Source: Microcoleus sp.
Lineage (GTDB): Bacteria; Cyanobacteriota; Cyanobacteriia; Cyanobacteriales; Microcoleaceae
Length of the DNA stretch: 64,000 bases
NCBI GenBank assembly: GCA_042408215.1
Contig: JAYFMW010000026.1
Coordinates: forward strand, 32,001-96,000
Direction of reading: 5' to 3'
Under the pieces are notes generated by a model. The model was not told where the DNA came from. It did not search any database and saw only the letters and a list, made by a program, of their open reading frames with translations. Below, piece by piece: positions 60,291 through 64,000 of this stretch. Numbering within the stretch: position 1 is the stretch's first letter; the number at the start of each line of letters is the position of its first letter. The position numbers and the translations under genes were made by a program.

Positions 60291-63200
60291 GCCGCAAAAT
60301 ACCTAAAACCCTATCAGGGATTGAAACCCTGGCAAATTCAACTCTTCCATTACTCGATCGCGTGCCGCAAAATACCTAAAACCCTATCAGGGATTGAAAC
60401 GCCGGTGGGGATATTCATGCGATTATTTCTGCCGCCGCAAAATACCTAAAACCCTATCAGGGATTGAAACGATAATTTTTTTTCAGCAAGCCACTGAACA
60501 TCGCGCCGCAAAATACCTAAAACCCTATCAGGGATTGAAACTCCATAATCGATCGAGCTAAAGCCGACTGCGATCGGGGCCGCAAAATACCTAAAACCCT
60601 ATCAGGGATTGAAACGGGCAGATTGATTTTGAGCTGCGATCGCAAGCTGTGGGCTAGGCCGCAAAATACCTAAAACCCTATCAGGGATTGAAACGATCAA
60701 GCATCTCCCGAGCTTCAACGTATAATCTGTGAGCCGCAAAATACCTAAAACCCTATCAGGGATTGAAACACAGTGCTCTATGACGAGTAACGCAATGGCC
60801 GCCAGCCGCAAAATACCTAAAACCCTATCAGGGATTGAAACGCTGAATGAATCATCGCTCAGTAAAAAATTACCATGCCGCAAAATACCTAAAACCCTAT
60901 CAGGGATTGAAACTTAGCGGCTAATGCTACTGATACCGTAGCATTAGCGCCGCAAAATACCTAAAACCCTATCAGGGATTGAAACCCCGCAATTGGGCTA
61001 AGCGGCTGTTCGTCGCTTCTTTCGCCGCAAAATACCTAAAACCCTATCAGGGATTGAAACCAGAATCACCGTTCTCAGAACGTGCAGCTAGCTTGGCCGC
61101 AAAATACCTAAAACCCTATCAGGGATTGAAACAGCCATTTTGCCGACATCGGCAAAATGGGCACCCCAGCCGCAAAATACCTAAAACCCTATCAGGGATT
61201 GAAACGAAAATGGCTGCTACGATGCCTCTATTTCTAAATGCCGCAAAATACCTAAAACCCTATCAGGGATTGAAACTTATTTTGAGATAATCCTGGCTAT
61301 AGATGACGGGCCGCAAAATACCTAAAACCCTATCAGGGATTGAAACAGAGGAAGTGTGTTCGCCCACGGGCGAAAAAACCTATGCCGCAAAATACCTAAA
61401 ACCCTATCAGGGATTGAAACTTCGCGGTGTTTTTAGCTTAATCTGCAAAGCGCTAAAGCGCCGCAAAATACCTAAAACCCTATCAGGGATTGAAACAATC
61501 TCGGATTAGCCCTAGCACCGCCTAATACGAGCCGCAAAATACCTAAAACCCTATCAGGGATTGAAACTTAACCGACTTGACCCCCTTGTCGATCGCAGAT
61601 GCGCCGCAAAATACCTAAAACCCTATCAGGGATTGAAACGAACTAACTACAGCTTGTTGGACGCTAGGAAGAAGTGCACCGCCGCAAAATACCTAAAACC
61701 CTATCAGGGATTGAAACAATCAGAACAGGAGCTAATATCTGTGCCGTTGAGCCGCAAAATACCTAAAACCCTATCAGGGATTGAAACAACACTAACTTAC
61801 GGGGAGCAATCCCTCTTTTCTTTCGCCGCAAAATACCTAAAACCCTATCAGGGATTGAAACGGAAGCAATATTAACAATACCCCGTCCGCTCTTTTGCCG
61901 CAAAATACCTAAAACCCTATCAGGGATTGAAACATTATAGTTACTTATATAAATCAAATTTGTAGCAAATTGCCGCAAAATACCTAAAACCCTATCAGGG
62001 ATTGAAACAGAACCGGGGAGGATTAGGACTAAACAATGGGGTGCCGCAAAATACCTAAAACCCTATCAGGGATTGAAACTCCATCAAGATTACCTATCGC
62101 GCCCCGGTACAACCCCACGCCGCAAAATACCTAAAACCCTATCAGGGATTGAAACCTCGTGGCTAGCGATCGCCTCCCGTACTTTCTCCCATGCCGCAAA
62201 ATACCTAAAACCCTATCAGGGATTGAAACCGTTGCTTGGACTTTTTCTGGCGTTACTTTGGATTCAGCCGCAAAATACCTAAAACCCTATCAGGGATTGA
62301 AACGTAGGAGTCTTGGTGACTCGCTATATGCTCTTCTAGCCGCAAAATACCTAAAACCCTATCAGGGATTGAAACACAAAATTGGCTCCGAGAAAACGAA
62401 AGCTTGATGGCCGCAAAATACCTAAAACCCTATCAGGGATTGAAACGATTGACATTTAGCCGATGTTCGGCAGACCTGCGCCGCAAAATACCTAAAACCC
62501 TATCAGGGATTGAAACGAACTTGCGCTTGAATTTGTGACGTTTTTTGCTGAACAGCGCCGCAAAATACCTAAAACCCTATCAGGGATTGAAACCTATTTC
62601 CTTGTGATACCGTTGCAGCCACAAAGGGCCGCAAAATACCTAAAACCCTATCAGGGATTGAAACTCAATACAGGAATCTTCATCAGGGAATTGAATAGCC
62701 GCAAAATACCTAAAACCCTATCAGGGATTGAAACGGATGCCCCCGCAGCGGAACAACAATTTGTCAAAGTTTGCGCCGCAAAATACCTAAAACCCTATCA
62801 GGGATTGAAACCTGTGTCTGGTTTTCTGAGCGCCGCCAGATTGTAACTGCCGCAAAATACCTAAAACCCTATCAGGGATTGAAACTGATAATCTTAAAAG
62901 CACTTCGCCAGCGCCATATAGCCGCAAAATACCTAAAACCCTATCAGGGATTGAAACTGGGTAGATGAGATAGATGATTGCAATAGGTGGGCCGCAAAAT
63001 ACCTAAAACCCTATCAGGGATTGAAACGGGCCACAGGCTATTGTATATTTTGTCCTCTTTGGGCCGCAAAATACCTAAAACCCTATCAGGGATTGAAACA
63101 TCTATTAATTTCACTCCAATTAATGACGATTTTTGCGCCGCAAAATACCTAAAACCCTATCAGGGATTGAAACTATTGCCAGCAAACCATTTTGCCTGCT

Positions 63201-64000
63201 GCAAAAATTGCCGGCCGCAAAATACCTAAAACCCTATCAGGGATTGAAACTTTTTCCTGCGAATTCCTCCTCCCATTTCTTGAGCCGCAAAATACCTAAA
63301 ACCCTATCAGGGATTGAAACGAGAGCTATTCCCGTCACTCATCGCTTCGGCCATCAGCCGCAAAATACCTAAAACCCTATCAGGGATTGAAACCTGCAAA
63401 CTTGCAAGCTGCTTCAAACTTCCAACTTGCCGCAAAATACCTAAAACCCTATCAGGGATTGAAACGTCCTCTACCCCCGTCGTTTCAGTGATTACTGCTG
63501 GGCCGCAAAATACCTAAAACCCTATCAGGGATTGAAACAAACATCCAAGACTTTAATTCCTTATGCGCCGCCCAAGCCGCAAAATACCTAAAACCCTATC
63601 AGGGATTGAAACTACACCCACCGAAACTGAGTATCAAAGATATAAACAGCCGCAAAATACCTAAAACCCTATCAGGGATTGAAACTTAATCAAAATCCGG
63701 CTGTTAGTAGCAGCCGGGAGCCGCAAAATACCTAAAACCCTATCAGGGATTGAAACGTTCCCAGTGCCAAAGATGCAGAAATTTCAACATACGCCGCAAA
63801 ATACCTAAAACCCTATCAGGGATTGAAACCAGGCGCAGAAAGGACTCTAGGTGGTGGATTGACGCCGCAAAATACCTAAAACCCTATCAGGGATTGAAAC
63901 ACCTTTCGGTGGGCGAAATTGGTGCTACCGATGTGCCGCAAAATACCTAAAACCCTATCAGGGATTGAAACATTACAGGACTATTTCTAATTTCACAAGT
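60291..64000 (+). CRISPR. Type I-D CRISPR array, 37-bp repeat GCCGCAAAATACCTAAAACCCTATCAGGGATTGAAAC, 51 repeats counted, continues past the window
   Basis: Apparently identical repeats with unique spacers of about 33-42 nt; ATTGAAAC 3' end. Confidence 0.99.

Noticed and set aside
60602..63950. Many short ORFs in the CRISPR array
   Set aside because: Artefacts of the stop-free repeat (RKIPKTLSGIET, AAKYLKPYQGLK)
47298..64000. CRISPR-associated transposon (I-D CAST)
   Set aside because: No tnsABC or tniQ genes in the window; cas3, the Cas10d HD motif and the adaptation genes are present

Overview
Chromosomal window from a filamentous cyanobacterium, probably Microcoleus/Oscillatoriales-like (inferred from abundant HIP1 GCGATCGC sites, heptamer tandem repeats and many small dispersed palindromic repeats). 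Bases 1-47 kb hold housekeeping and accessory genes: partial relA/spoT, patD, an ABC ATPase, a group 2 sigma factor, a toxin-antitoxin/STAND patch bounded by repeat arrays, map, a Ycf29/Rre1-like regulator, WD40 proteins, and a phylloquinone cluster (menE, C, H, A, F, D plus a thioesterase). Bases 47.3-64 kb are a type I-D CRISPR-Cas locus (WYL regulator, cas3, cas10d, cas7, cas5, cas6, cas4, cas1, cas2, leader, at least 51 repeats). The main finding is a cassette between cas3 and cas10d. It contains a degenerate single-spacer mini-array on the minus strand whose guide matches a site about 175 bp away at 23/30 nt, with 5 of the 7 mismatches at guide positions 6, 12, 18, 24 and 30, the Cascade flip-out register. 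The target lies just downstream of a divergent promoter that drives an orphan 83-aa ORF with its own terminator. This is a candidate CRISPR-regulated toxin-antitoxin or autoregulatory module in a type I-D system. Also notable are a 13 x 96-bp in-frame REP-doublet array inside menD, several MITEs with target-site duplications, and indel clusters in cas10d, cas6 and cas1 that may be sequencing errors.
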